Source: Haplodiscus bocki (taxonomy: Eukaryota). From it: a DNA stretch of 64,000 nucleotides. Each line of letters opens with the position of its first letter. The first letter of the stretch is position 1. The DNA is taken from NCBI GenBank assembly GCA_965655095.1, contig OZ296649.1, positions 93,000,001-93,064,000 of the forward strand, written 5' to 3'. The position numbers and the translations under genes are program-made. Positions 1-12,529 of this stretch are shown here, one piece after another. The notes under the pieces are model-generated. The model was not told where the DNA came from, ran no database searches, and worked only from the letters and a program-made list of their open reading frames with translations.

Positions 1-2118
1 ATGTTTACAACAAAAACTTATTTTGTTAATAATAGGGGAACGAACGACATATTGATTCGAATAGTGGCGTGGCTGATCGGTGGATGCGGATCGTCTAGGA
101 AGTCTTCTAGGGTGAGGGTGGTCTTTGGATATTCGAGGCTTGGTCGTATCAAAAGAGATTGAAGTTTGAAGAAAAAGAGCAGAGACTGATTACTTTATTT
201 TCAATGATAGATTTCAAAGACGTCTAACGTCGAATTTCAAATTTTTCTAGTCAAACGGCTGTTGCGTTTTTAATTTTCAAAAATGGGTGTCTAAAAGCAG
301 AGTTTGGCGATGCTGTCTTTTATACTCTGCTCAACAAGCTCAGCTTTATTTTGCTGGTCATTGTCTGGTGCATGATCTGGCTGTCATGCTCCAGAATCAA
401 CTATTTTTGGGATAGTTGTCAGGGAGTCGTCCCGAAAGTTACTATTCTTATTTCAAAGGCTGTAAGTTTGAGACTCGGACGAATTTTTGTGGTTGGCGTT
501 TCGAAATAACAAATTTTGATGTACAGACAGCTGATAGTTACTAATTCTGTAAGTGACTAAAATTTGATAGCTGCTAAATTTAACCAACTGGTGCAATTTT
601 GCTGACGTTCGTTGATTTGAATTGTGGCGGTCATCTCCAAAACAGAAGTTGTTTTTGTCAGCAGGATATGTTTAATAGTCGTCTGAAGTGGCTGGCGAGA
701 TGAAATGTTGCCATCAATAGCGACGTGAGCGCATATTTTATATAAAGCACCGGAGAAGTGAGTTCTTTAATTATAAAAAGCACCGGTTAAGTAGTTATAA
801 TATGCACATATAAAATTCAAGTTGTGTCATGTTTAAGTTTTACGTTGTTCAATAATTCTGCATTCTTTCATATTTTTCATATTTGGCATTGTCATAAACG
901 CTTAGGAGTCAAGCTAAACCGTTTTGAAACAAGTAAACCCATGGAAAAGTACATAATTGTAGCAATTTTTTTCTCATTATAACACTGAAAAATGCACTTG
1001 AAGCGTCAGAAGCACCATTGCATGCTTACAGTCAGGTTTTTCCGGCCCTCTTGTGTAAGAACGAAATTCTCTGAAAATTGAGTTTACATGTATTACGGTA
1101 GTCAAGACAGCAAAGCCAAATATCTCTTTTGAAAAAGCAATTTGTGAATATTTTCAACACTTCGAGGAAAACTAGCGGAGCACCACGGCCACCAGATACA
1201 AGTTTGAAAGATTTCGTTTTGCATTGCACTGCCATCCGCTGTATAATCAAAGCATGCCGTTTTGAAAACAGAAAACACGTGATTCCAGGCCGTCCACAAA
1301 TCGGCATACTCACGCACAGGTTTTTACGTCTTATCAGAATTCATTGAAAACTGAGGTTACATGATTTACGGTTGCTAGCACAGCAAAACAGAACTAGTCT
1401 CAAGAATGCAGTTTTTTCAGACATCTTTCTGAAGAGAACTTCTAATGAAAGCTAGAGGAGGACTTCACTGGAAGCCGATAAAATTTCGGAAGTCAGAACA
1501 ACTCACCTTTTTGACCACAGACAGTAGTAATTTTATGAGTAGTAGAGGGGATGTACACGAAGACAATGTAGCAGTACACAAAAGGAAACACTCAGTGTGG
1601 TTAGAGAAGTTAGAGAAGTCCGAGACAGTAAAATGACTTATATTGCGAATAAGTATAAAAATTATATTAGAGCTTCTATACGTTGCAATTGATTTTCATT
1701 ATTAATTGAATTGATTCTGCCAATAGAAATCAAAAAATTTAGCGAATGTAGAGTCAAAACTGAAAACTTCATTCAAAAACTACGTAATTATTACAACTCA
1801 ATGAATGACGAAATTCCAAGAGCTGTTGAGTCACAGCAACTCATACATCGAGATATATTGCTCTGAGAACAACAAACCAAAGTGAAAAACTTATCGAATT
1901 GTTTTGAAGAGACAAGGAAGGAAACACTTTGGAAGTCAGTTAAACCCCTCAAGGCTTGAAATTAAGCCTTTGCCTTTCATCCAGCAACAACCAAAAGAGT
2001 TAAAGACCGCTTTGTAGTTAAAAACCTGCGTTTAAAACGCAAAGTAAACAAGACAAGAACGGCCAGATGCAGCGCTACCAATGAGGCTTAAAATGCTCAT
2101 AAAACGGAGTTGATTTTT

Positions 2119-2810
2119 GACCCAATAGGTAGGACAAAAGAGTTCCGAAACCACAGGTTGCGGGTTCGAACTTCAGTATAGACTATATATTTTTACATTT
2201 TATATCGGAAACTATAGAAAAATCTACCGGATTTCGAAAAAAATTACACCTTCGAACCAAAACTTTTTCGTGATCCCCCCTCATAAACTCTACCGAATCG
2301 ACAACTAGCGGACTCAAATCCCAGCCTAAGCTTTGTATTTTATATTTCATTCCGAAAAGTATAACAAAAAGCAATTTTTTTTGCAAACATCAAAATCAAC
2401 TTCATCATATGAGTATTTTGAGCCACACGGGCGACACCGACTTTGGCCATCCTCGGATTGTCTTTTATTAAACATAAGAAAAAAAACTAATGCTCGGATT
2501 CGAGTCCACTAGTTGTCGATTTGGTAGATTTTATGAGGGGGCATCACGAAAAAGTTTTGGTTCGAAGGTGTAATTTTTTTCGAATATAGGTAGATTTTTG
2601 TATAGTTTCCGATATAAAACGTGAAAATATATAGCCTATACCGAGGATCAAACCTGCAACCTGTGGCTTTGGATTCCTTTTGTCCTACTCACTGGGCCAT
2701 TAAAAATGTAAAAAAGTATGCACCCTATAACGAAGTTCAAACCCGCAACCTGTGGTTTCGGAACCCTTTTGCCCTACCCATTTGGCATTATAAAATTTAA
2801 AAAAACATAG
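2119..2810. mobile_element. Fold-back / MITE-like element with ~205-bp inverted arms
   Basis: ~2119-2326 is the reverse complement of ~2491-2699 (high but imperfect identity) with a ~165-bp spacer; an extra tandem copy of the arm terminus lies at ~2720-2790. No TSD identified. Confidence 0.7.
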
Positions 2811-4907
2811 CCCTTCACGAACTTTTTTGATTTCTGGACATTTTGGAAGCAATGGTACAATCCGTATCGTCAAGACCGTCAATTTGACCAACTCTGTTAA
2901 AATTGGATGAGTTTGATGTGAGTTCTGTTATCTTACGAAAAAAAAGTCACTACAATAGTCGGCTCCTTCATTAAAAGTGAAGCGCCGACTCAAAATAAGT
3001 AAGAGGACTGTTTCAAGGCCCCATTCCCATGCGACATGTTTTCCGTAAGAAAAGCGCTCCGGAAACAACCGCAAAAATTTTCAAACGCAAGAGGAAATGA
3101 GCAAAAAAGGGCCAATTTGAAAAAAATCTTTGTTGAACCTAATTTGAAATTTCTGTGCCTACCTTTTTTGGAAACTACAAAATATTTTGTCAGAAGGCGT
3201 TTTTTGGGGTTAAACTACATTGCTGAAGAAGTGTCTGATTTCGTACAAAAAGTGAAAGACGTGCGATTTCGAAGTTGCGTTCGGCTGATTTTGCCCGATT
3301 AGCTCAACCGGGAAAAAATAGGTCTGTTCAGCTCTAACTTCACCCCTTGGAGGGGAGTTTTTGCCAGAATGATTTAAAACTAGGTAATGATGGATTAAAT
3401 CAGGGAAAATTGTTTGGTTGTGACTGAAGGAATCATTTGCTCACGTTAGCCAATAGAAACAAAAATGCAACACATAATCGCTGGTTCTGTTGGCTAAATC
3501 GAAAAAATGTCTTTTCTTACCTCAAACGGAAAAGTGGGAATTCGAGTTCCGGTTATGCAAATCAATGGGAAGAAGTTGAAGGGAAGAAGCCAATGTGAGT
3601 TTCCGGTGATATGTTGAGCATGTTCTTCACTATACGGTAGCCACCTCTGGTGGCCTGTACGATTCACCGATGACCGATTATTTTTCTTTTCCTTTAGAAA
3701 TACACTATTTCTAACGAAATTGATATGAAAATAAGAACATAGGCGTCAATGATGTTTGACAGAAAGCGCTAAGAACGTACCATAAAAGTTGGACCGGGAG
3801 CGAAATTAACAAAAATTGACAGCTATTTTGAAAAAGCTGATAGTAAGATGCGAATTAAATTGAATAATTGAAATTGAATTAATCACTACATGCAGTATTA
3901 CATTCTTCGAAATTTTACAACTTTTAAAACCGTTTAACTATTGAAAGATTGATTTTTTTTACCGTTCTGGCTAAACCGTTTTGAGGATGTCAATATTTTA
4001 CACATTTGGAAAGCGAACTTGAATTTGCCAACGAAATGCTTAAAAAACCTGAATGGATGGACGAAACTTCCAATGGTGTGTAAAAATTCACACCGAGACA
4101 TCTTTACGTGACCGAAACAAGTATTTGAAACTTCGTGAACTGCTATCATTTTGGGTTAACTACTTCACAGATTGCCAATCAGACAGCAGCTCTCTGCTGA
4201 AAATTGAGTGGTTGAAAACTGATTGATTTCATCTGGATGGTTTTTACCGAATTGTTGTTAAAAGCGCTTAACCACTGGACATTTTAACAGAATGGTAACA
4301 CAAGTGGATAAACCAGTTGTTAAATTATGTAGCACTGATTGCATGTACCTGAAAACGGAGAGCGAATAGTGATGTAAATAGCGATGTGAATCGAAAAATT
4401 TCTTCCTACTAATTTTATTTCGTTGATTTCTGTTCACTTCGAAGCGAAGAAAGTACTTCTTGGAAACCGAAAAGTAAATAAGTATAAAACTCAGATTAGT
4501 AAATAAGTAGAAATTGTCGCTTCACTTCATCGCTTAGCCGGCCAGTCACGAATTGATATGCGAAAACGAGCAAATATGCACAGAAAAAATTGAAATCTAT
4601 AGTCATTGAAATTATCAGCTCAATGCTCAAGAAACAGCTCTAAATATCGATTCCCCAAGTAAAAGGGAGTAATTGTGGCCCAACTCTTTCTGTTTTAAAA
4701 GTTTATTTGACGCTCAAAATTGCAACTAAATTTTAAGTAATTGCAAATTAAATTTCAATTCTGTTAATAAAAGAATTACCGCAGTTTAAATATCAAAGAG
4801 TACAATTTTTTTGCTTACATAGCGTAATACCCAAAGTCGGCGGCAGGACAAAATACCCAAGCCCAAAATATTCAATGTCCTAAAATACCCAAGGCCAAGA
4901 ACATAAA

Positions 4908-5107
4908 NNNNNNNNNNNNNNNNNNNNNNNNNNNNNNNNNNNNNNNNNNNNNNNNNNNNNNNNNNNNNNNNNNNNNNNNNNNNNNNNNNNNNNNNNNNNN
5001 NNNNNNNNNNNNNNNNNNNNNNNNNNNNNNNNNNNNNNNNNNNNNNNNNNNNNNNNNNNNNNNNNNNNNNNNNNNNNNNNNNNNNNNNNNNNNNNNNNNN
5101 NNNNNNN
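4908..5107. other. Assembly gap (200 N)
   Basis: Run of N, preceded by short AAAATACCCAAG repeats (4825-4900). Confidence 0.99.
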
Positions 5108-6977
5108 GGCAGCAATAGCAGTGATACCACCCATGGCAGCGCAAAAAACTGACGAGGAAAACCCCTAATCGCTGGTACCTTTCGCAACATCATCAATGTC
5201 AATGCCGCCGATGACAATCAGTACTGTCGACATTTGGGCGACATCTTCCGACGTGGGCATTTTCTAATCAGATCAGCCCGATGTAACTCTCTGACATCAA
5301 GCCCCTCAACCCCACCGTTCCCCAGAAAGCAGAAAAGGAATATAAGCCTAGGGTGTCCTTTCTCAAAAGAGGGGGAGTGTCGCAGCATAGCTGTGAAGCC
5401 TGCGGGCAAGTGCTACCAGAAGTAAAGATTATCCCCGGAACGTAAAGGGATTGACTGAAAATGAATGAGCACTGAACTTTATGTGTTATCTTTTAACTAA
5501 GTGTATTTATGTAACTGTTACGTGTTGTATACGTATCACTCCCGTGTACTGATCCAGCTTGAGACGGAACCGTTACGGGACAAACAGATATTCACCTATT
5601 GATAATAGTTCACATTTATCCCAAACAGTGCTATATATGCAAATAATTTATGTAGTTATTAATGTGAATCTACCTTTTCAGGAGCTATGTGCAGTACTTA
5701 AAATGAAACTGAGGCTGTCAGTAATTTTACTCAGTATGCACTTGTAATATATACAAACTGACTTCAAAAGTGAATATTTGCTCCGTCCGTGTTCCGTCAC
5801 TACCAACCTGGTGAGGTCACTCAACAATCCAATCAAATTTGCTCTGCTACTATGCTGTGTTTTAGCTAACTACGGAACAGTTCCGCGTTCAATCATTACC
5901 TTCATTTCAGCAGCACAGCTACAAGCAATGCTAAAACCGAGTACGGAACCAATCTGAAACGCACTGTTCAAGATGAGGAACCAAATAAGAGAAATGAACA
6001 ACGGACAATAAACAAGCCTATTTCAGGTCCAAATATCATCCAAATGAAGCGCAGTAAGATCACATGAACTTCTTGGGCATAACATCATGAACCCTCAAAC
6101 TAAGATTTTATCTGTTCTGATGAATTCAATTACTATTCTCCAATTATGGAAACCCTTAATCTTTTGATTTTTGTTTACATTAATATTTATTTTGCCCGCG
6201 CGGGAATAAGCAGTTTGATGTCCATTTCTGACGGATTAGGCCCGTACGTTTTTTGTCGAAAGATGAAAAGAACCCGGCCTATGAGGGAAGAAGGGGCTGG
6301 AAAAGTGTTTATTTGTCGCCAGGTTCGGCATTTTCTCTGATAGTTAATATCATTGAAATATTTCTCCTTATTTCTACCTCGAACTGGCTTGAAAACAGTT
6401 TTGTTTCCCGCCAAGGAAAAGGTAAAAACAGGGGAAACGAGAATACTTTTATTTGAAATTATTTTCTTAGTTCCGGCTATCAGTTGACGTTACAGGTTGT
6501 GACTAGTTATTTATAAAAAATCACGATTTCCTTTTTTCTTCGGAGTTGATTCAAAAATACAAAAAAATCAGTCTCCACTACTGTTGAACTTTTTTCTATT
6601 CAGAAAAATAGCTACATCGAGAAACAAGGGAAAGTTGGCAGCCGTTTCCAGAGAAACACATGAGGAACACGTCCGTTTCCAGAATCAGCGATAAGTATAT
6701 CACACAAGTTTCTGAAGAAATCGAAGGCAGAGTCACAAAGAAAATGTCCCAGGAATTCAGCAGGACAGAGTCCCGCATTTTGGATGCTCTGTTGAAATTA
6801 GACGATGTTTTCTTGAATCCACAGATACGGACACTCACTGGAACATCCCGGAACAATGAGGTAGACAACCAGTAACAAACTGGGGATCGCTCCCAGAATG
6901 ACCCCCTTCCGAAGTGGAGTTCTCTGCATGTCGGTCCGGCATTTCAATTGAACAAGACCCGGAACAGACTTACCACA
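5108..6977 (+). mobile_element. Decayed 3' end of a related LTR retrotransposon: accessory-ORF remnant, PPT (5365-5377) and LTR (5378-6977); 5' side lost in the assembly gap
   Basis: Colinear homology to 58330-56247 (inverted). Starts TGTCGC after the PPT and ends TACCACA. Contains a Gag-like remnant YITQVSEEIEGRVTKKMSQEFSRTESRILDAL with stops/frameshifts nearby. Confidence 0.85.
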
Positions 6978-7520
6978 AAGTGCGAATGGTAGAAACGTGA
7001 ACGAACTCTGATTCCATTTCTCGAATGAGGATTTTGATTTGAGTTACTTTGTGAAATCTTCACTAACTATCCAAGTGTATGAAACAACTTGAAAAAAAAA
7101 CTTTAGCCAAGTTTTAACTATGCATTTTAGTCAAATACTTCAAAGAATTGGTTCCAAGCAACGCTAATTAGCCCAAGTCTGAACGACGTTAACGCTAAAA
7201 ATAAATTCAAGAAACAGCTTTTGTTTTAAGAGTATTTGAGCTATCCAGAAACTAGTTATTGGCAAAAGAAGGGTAAATTTTGGACAAAATTTTAACTCAC
7301 GGTGCTAAAAGATTCCCATTAGGACAAAGGGTACATCGTGTACTGCATGAGAAACTCCTAGGAATGAAATGTATTGATATCACTTTTTTGGTTACAGCGA
7401 AAAAATTAGTAGAGCTGCTAATTTAGATTAGTTCTGAAATTGATAAATAAAGGACATGCTTGGAACATGTTGCATTGTTCGAACAATAATTTGAAAGAAT
7501 TTCGAAAAATTTTATTTGGC

Positions 7521-8315
7521 TGTACCAGGTCAGCGTGTAAATTCACGGACTGAGGGGCCGTGTTGGTCGAAGTACCCACATCAGAACGGAGATCATTTTG
7601 GGAATGATCTTCATTATACTCCTGGTTTTCCTTCTCATAATTCCCAGAAGTTATCCGTAAGATTCATGATTGCAACCGAACTTGCGAGTTCACAAGAAAC
7701 ACTTTTAGTTCTGACAGTGAGCCTATAATTTGACTCTCAGTTCTGCTAACCCCTGAGACAATTTTCTAGTCATTCTGTTTTCTATTGTTCCCGAAACTTG
7801 TTTAGTGTTGTCCTCAATCACTCTGGGGACAATTGTGCCCATCAAAAGTTTTCCTTAGGTTGCTCCTACTGTCTAACTTTATTGACTGCTACTATTTTCC
7901 TCTTTTTTCTCAACGTTGCCATTTTTGAAGGAAAAAATTGAATAGCTGTCAAAATTGAATTGACGTTTTACTCTAAATTTCAACTTTGGAGTATTAAAGC
8001 ACTCGATAAATATCGTCAATATAAGAAATTTAAGGTAGTCAATAGCATCAGTACACCTATTATTTTCATTTGTTCTTCCATTTCTCCTAATTTTACTTTT
8101 TTGCCGGGAAACATAGTTGTTCACACGCCAAGTTAGCGTACAAATTAGGGAAAAGTACTTTCAATATGCTGTTTTAAAGCAAAAATGGTCATCTCACATT
8201 TTCATCCATTTCTTTCTTCATACACCGTGTTCCTTCCATATTTCGGTAGCAAACGGACAGACCTACTCAGTCGGAAACGGACATCAAAGTGCTTATTCCC
8301 GCGCGTCCTTTGATT
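7521..8315 (-). mobile_element. Third, more decayed LTR fragment of the same family (U5/gag-start portion)
   Basis: 8100-8170 matches 56840-56910 and 8200-8304 matches 56955-57060. Minus-strand ATG at 7922 gives MATLRKKRKIVAVNK.., then frameshifted ..ENRMTRKLSQG..SRTESQIIGSL. Right boundary is uncertain. Confidence 0.75.
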
Positions 8316-11300
8316 AGTCCATTTTGAGTTGTTCAGTTTTGTATGATTTATAGCACGGCAACGTCCCCAATGTTCAATAGTTTTTCCAAGTAATCAAAGT
8401 TCCTTGTTCCGCTGAAACACCAGAGGAATAGGTCCTTCAATATTCGCTGCGCCGCAATTCCAATGCTGCTCCCGACAAAGGTCGAGGTTGGGAGAAGTTG
8501 GTTCAAACCTTGAAGCATTGAGTTTTGCTGGTTGTTGAATCTGCGAAACGCACACTTGCAACAAGTTCATTCAATTATCGTGTACTGTCATTGCATGTTG
8601 AAACACCGATGAAGGATGCATGTGGGCAAGGACATCAAAGATGCCACCCCAGAAATCCCCAATCATTTCGCATTCGGTCATGCAATTTCAAATGTCTCAT
8701 CTGTAGTGTTTGAGGATCATCGCATTCCTAAATGAATAGCTCTTTTTGACCCAACACCTCCAATAATTTTCCTTCAGCTTGAAGTCTGGACGTAATGGGG
8801 GATACGATGACGAACCATTGAAGAATTGACATCCGGTGGACCTAATGGAGAAAAACACAACTGAAAAAGTCTGGCCACATAGAACAATGGAGGCGGCTCC
8901 CATTGCACCTGACGTTATCACTATGTTGTGTGGTATTGAAGAAACGTCGTGCAGTCTAACGACGCCCGTTGACAGATTAGCCTACGTTTCCCGTAAGTCT
9001 AATCTTAACTCCGCGAGGGAGTGTGTTCCTTATCATTGACCCAAACTGTGAAAGATCATACACTTTGACTACTGAGTTCTTCTACCTTCTTAACACTTTG
9101 GTGCCGAAAGGAATTGGAACAATTGGGAAATTAGAGATGGAGGGTAAACATGATCAACAAATGTTTCAAATCGAGGATGCAAAATTATTTTTTTAATGAA
9201 CCCATTGCATATCAATAAATAATTTGATAATCAAAAAATCGGATTTTTCCAGAACTTGAGAACGATTTTTAGTTTTCAATGAGCAAATCATATCTTCACG
9301 CATCAATCAGTCAAAGGTTGTAATTGGAGACTTCCAAAAGCAATTTTGTTCGATAGTTTTGAAAAACCAATTTCTTCTCTGCGTGTAAAAATTGTTAAAA
9401 GACTTTCTACAGGTATCACTATAGTAAAGCAGCTGGCGAGGTTTCTATTTCAAGTTATATAGATTGCAGAATTTTTTCTAGAAAACAAAAGACACAACTA
9501 AAAAAACTGATTGGTAAAAAGAAAGAACTGTGACAATTTTTGGGCTGCAATATTATTTCTGTATTTATTTCCGTTTTTTTTGTTCATTTTCAAAATTTTC
9601 TGAAGTTGCTCAATTTCTGAAGCTACTGGCTTAAATTCATCCAACACGGTCTCAATCGACAATTTTGTATTTTTCAAAATTATGTGAATTTTTCCAATAC
9701 TTCAGAAATCTTTTGTACGTTCGATCAATCAATTTTGTGCCACTTTGGTGAAAAATAATGCTTTGCGACCGCGCCTCTTGTTGATAATCATATTTAGTTG
9801 GAGTACTGCAATGAACCCATTGTCAAAAAAATCCGACCTGTGAAAACGACCGAAGACGACAGTAGGCTGTTTTATTGGAGTGCATCAACTAAGCAATTGC
9901 TTGACATTCATAGTTTTTCGTAAGGGATTGTATCTGGATTTCATACTACTCTTTCAGGAACAAAATCTCTGTCTTTAGAACAGATTGTCAAATTTTATCA
10001 CAAACTTCCGGAAGTGACATGACATTCAATTGATGGATACATATCCTTTATCTGTTTTTGTTTATCGGTTGTTTATTTCGGTTAATTGGACCGAATAAAG
10101 GTCACGATGCAGACAGATCTGGCCAATTTCGTTTGACTCGGTTCATTTTGTTCATGCGTATCTCTATAGATGCAACAACAAACTACAAAGACAATCAAAT
10201 CGTTAAACTGTCGAAATTCATAACCAGAGGCATTAGACGTGAAATGGATGCAATAATTTAGTTGTTTCTCAAATGCAAGCCATGACATGATCTGCTACTG
10301 AAGTGTGCAATGTAAATTTTCTGTCTTCAACAGCCCGTACCATACCAAACCGCATCCTGCTCTTGAATTTTCTAATTTTTCCATAAACAGTCAATGGAGC
10401 ATGGCGACTTTGTCCAATCAGAAATCACCAATTCAAGGCTGGTGGCATTTTTTTTACCTGTATAAGATGCATTTTCAGAGACCAAGCAAGACTCAATACA
10501 AAAAGCAGTAGTGTCTGCTAAAAATCCAGACCAGACAAGCAGAATTCAGCTTACAAGGTTACCAAAGGAAATGAAAGCTGTTCCAGATCCTGACAAATGC
10601 AGTTTGTTAGCTTTTCACTTTTATTAAAAAGGAAAAAACTGCGTTTCTATTTTCGTGCGGATATTAAGGGGTTTTTCTGCCGTCCTCCCTTCATTGCATG
10701 ATAAAATTGTCCAATAATGAATCTTCTCTTCTGAAAAACTTGGACTCTAACAGAGTTTTTTACGTTATTTCGTACCGCAAGCCCCAAAAGGTAAGTGCAG
10801 TTATTTATCAAAACTATTAATTATAATACGTGTCTTTAGAATGCATCAAAATGCCTTTGTCATTATGGCATCAACTTCTAAAGAAAGAAAATTCAGTCTG
10901 CATTGTTATATATATAAAAAAACTTAATTACCAAAAAACAAGTTCAAACGTATGGAAAATCTCTTTTGGCCCTGAAACCCTTGAAGTCTTTTGACCTCGT
11001 TCAAAGAAAATTACAACTCAATCTATGTAGAAATCAGAAGAACAAACAGGAATTGCTGGATGAACAAAAATTCAATGATCGCAACTTTTATGTCAAGAAA
11101 TATTAAAAACAACGCCGTACTACTTTATTAGCCCCACTGGTGTCCATGGAAAGAACTAGGAAGTCAGCAATGGCATAGAATGCTCATTTTTCCACTGTAC
11201 AAGATTATTGAAGCCTGAAAATGAAATTGTTAACGTAGGTATTCTTTTCAAGCGGTGCGTTTGGCATTATTACTTGATGCAAAGCGGTTACAGGCTCATT

Positions 11301-12529
11301 TGGATATCACCTGATGTGAAAATTTGGACCAAATACCAAATCTGGACCAGAGACAAATTCTGACCGGAAGCAAATTCGGTCCAAAATTTTAATTACCTGT
11401 AATGAGTGGCAGTTAGCAGCGTTTATAAAACCCTTGACAATTGTAGACCACCATAGTAATTACCGCCAATTAGAATTGTGAAGGAATACGATCTAAAACC
11501 TTACACCGGCGCTTTGATTTTGTAACTTTCAAAATTTTGGCATTTCCCAATGCCCTGAAATATACCCTAATATTTTCCGTTTTCCAGTTTTTTCAAAACT
11601 CATTAACGACAAAGACTTCGTTAGAAGTGTATTTTAGAGAAAAATGGATTACGCAGAAATTTTTTACTTCCTACATAAAAAAAGATTGAACAAAAATCAA
11701 CAAAATTTCCCAGGATCGTAGAGTTGGCAAGTTTACTTAAAAGTAAGCACGTGGTGAGTGAATTTTTTTTCTTCTATGTCGAATTATGGGCGTAAAAAAG
11801 TTATTCTCAGAGAAACTTTATATAACCCAAAAAACCGGCAGGAATGTTCTGAGACTTCCGAGTTGGACTAATTTGGCCGTTCTCAGCTTGCTGCTTCGAA
11901 GAATTTTAGTTTTTGAGATTTCTATTTGGATATCTAGCGCCTCACAAAAACAAATATATTGCCACCTGCTTGAATTTTACCAGAACTGGTTGAAAAATCG
12001 GTATATTTTCAGACAATAAATTGAATTAGGCATGTATGCTTATTAAATAATTAGGTTGATTAGCGAAATAGTTTGGACCGAAAATCAAAAAAAAATGGTC
12101 CCAAATTGTTTTTAGTCCCAACTGTCGTAGAGCCCGAGGAGGAATCCAACTTGAAAAAAAGAAGATTTTTGAATCGGTTCGTTCCACTTTGTCGGAGAAC
12201 TCATATCGAATTTCCCCTCAAGTTGCAAATGAAATTTTTCCACCACAATCAAATTGTCCATTGTTAACTTAACTTAGATAGTTGAATATTTAATTAGATT
12301 GAATGACGAAATACACAGCGTAGACAGGGAAAACAATCTAGATGAGAAAAAAAGGATCAAAGTTTTAAAAGAAAACATTCTGTTCTCCAGCAAATTTTCT
12401 GGATTTCCGCGAGCATTCTCTCAAAGTAAAAAACCACACTACAAACAATTCTACAGTCAGAGCGAAAAACATAGATCTCTTTGACCAAAAAATGACAGTT
12501 ATGAATGTTCGGGGAATACATTCACTAAA

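Noticed and set aside
3637-3656. CTCF-like site GCCACCTCTGGTGGC
   Set aside because: Mismatches at core positions and a single occurrence; no supporting context.
4786-5217. ORFs spanning N runs (also 52644-53045)
   Set aside because: Artefacts of translating assembly gaps.
9790-11320. Possible host exons (GTAAG/TTTCAG sites, protein-like fragments)
   Set aside because: I could not assemble a consistent stop-free spliced frame or recognise a domain.
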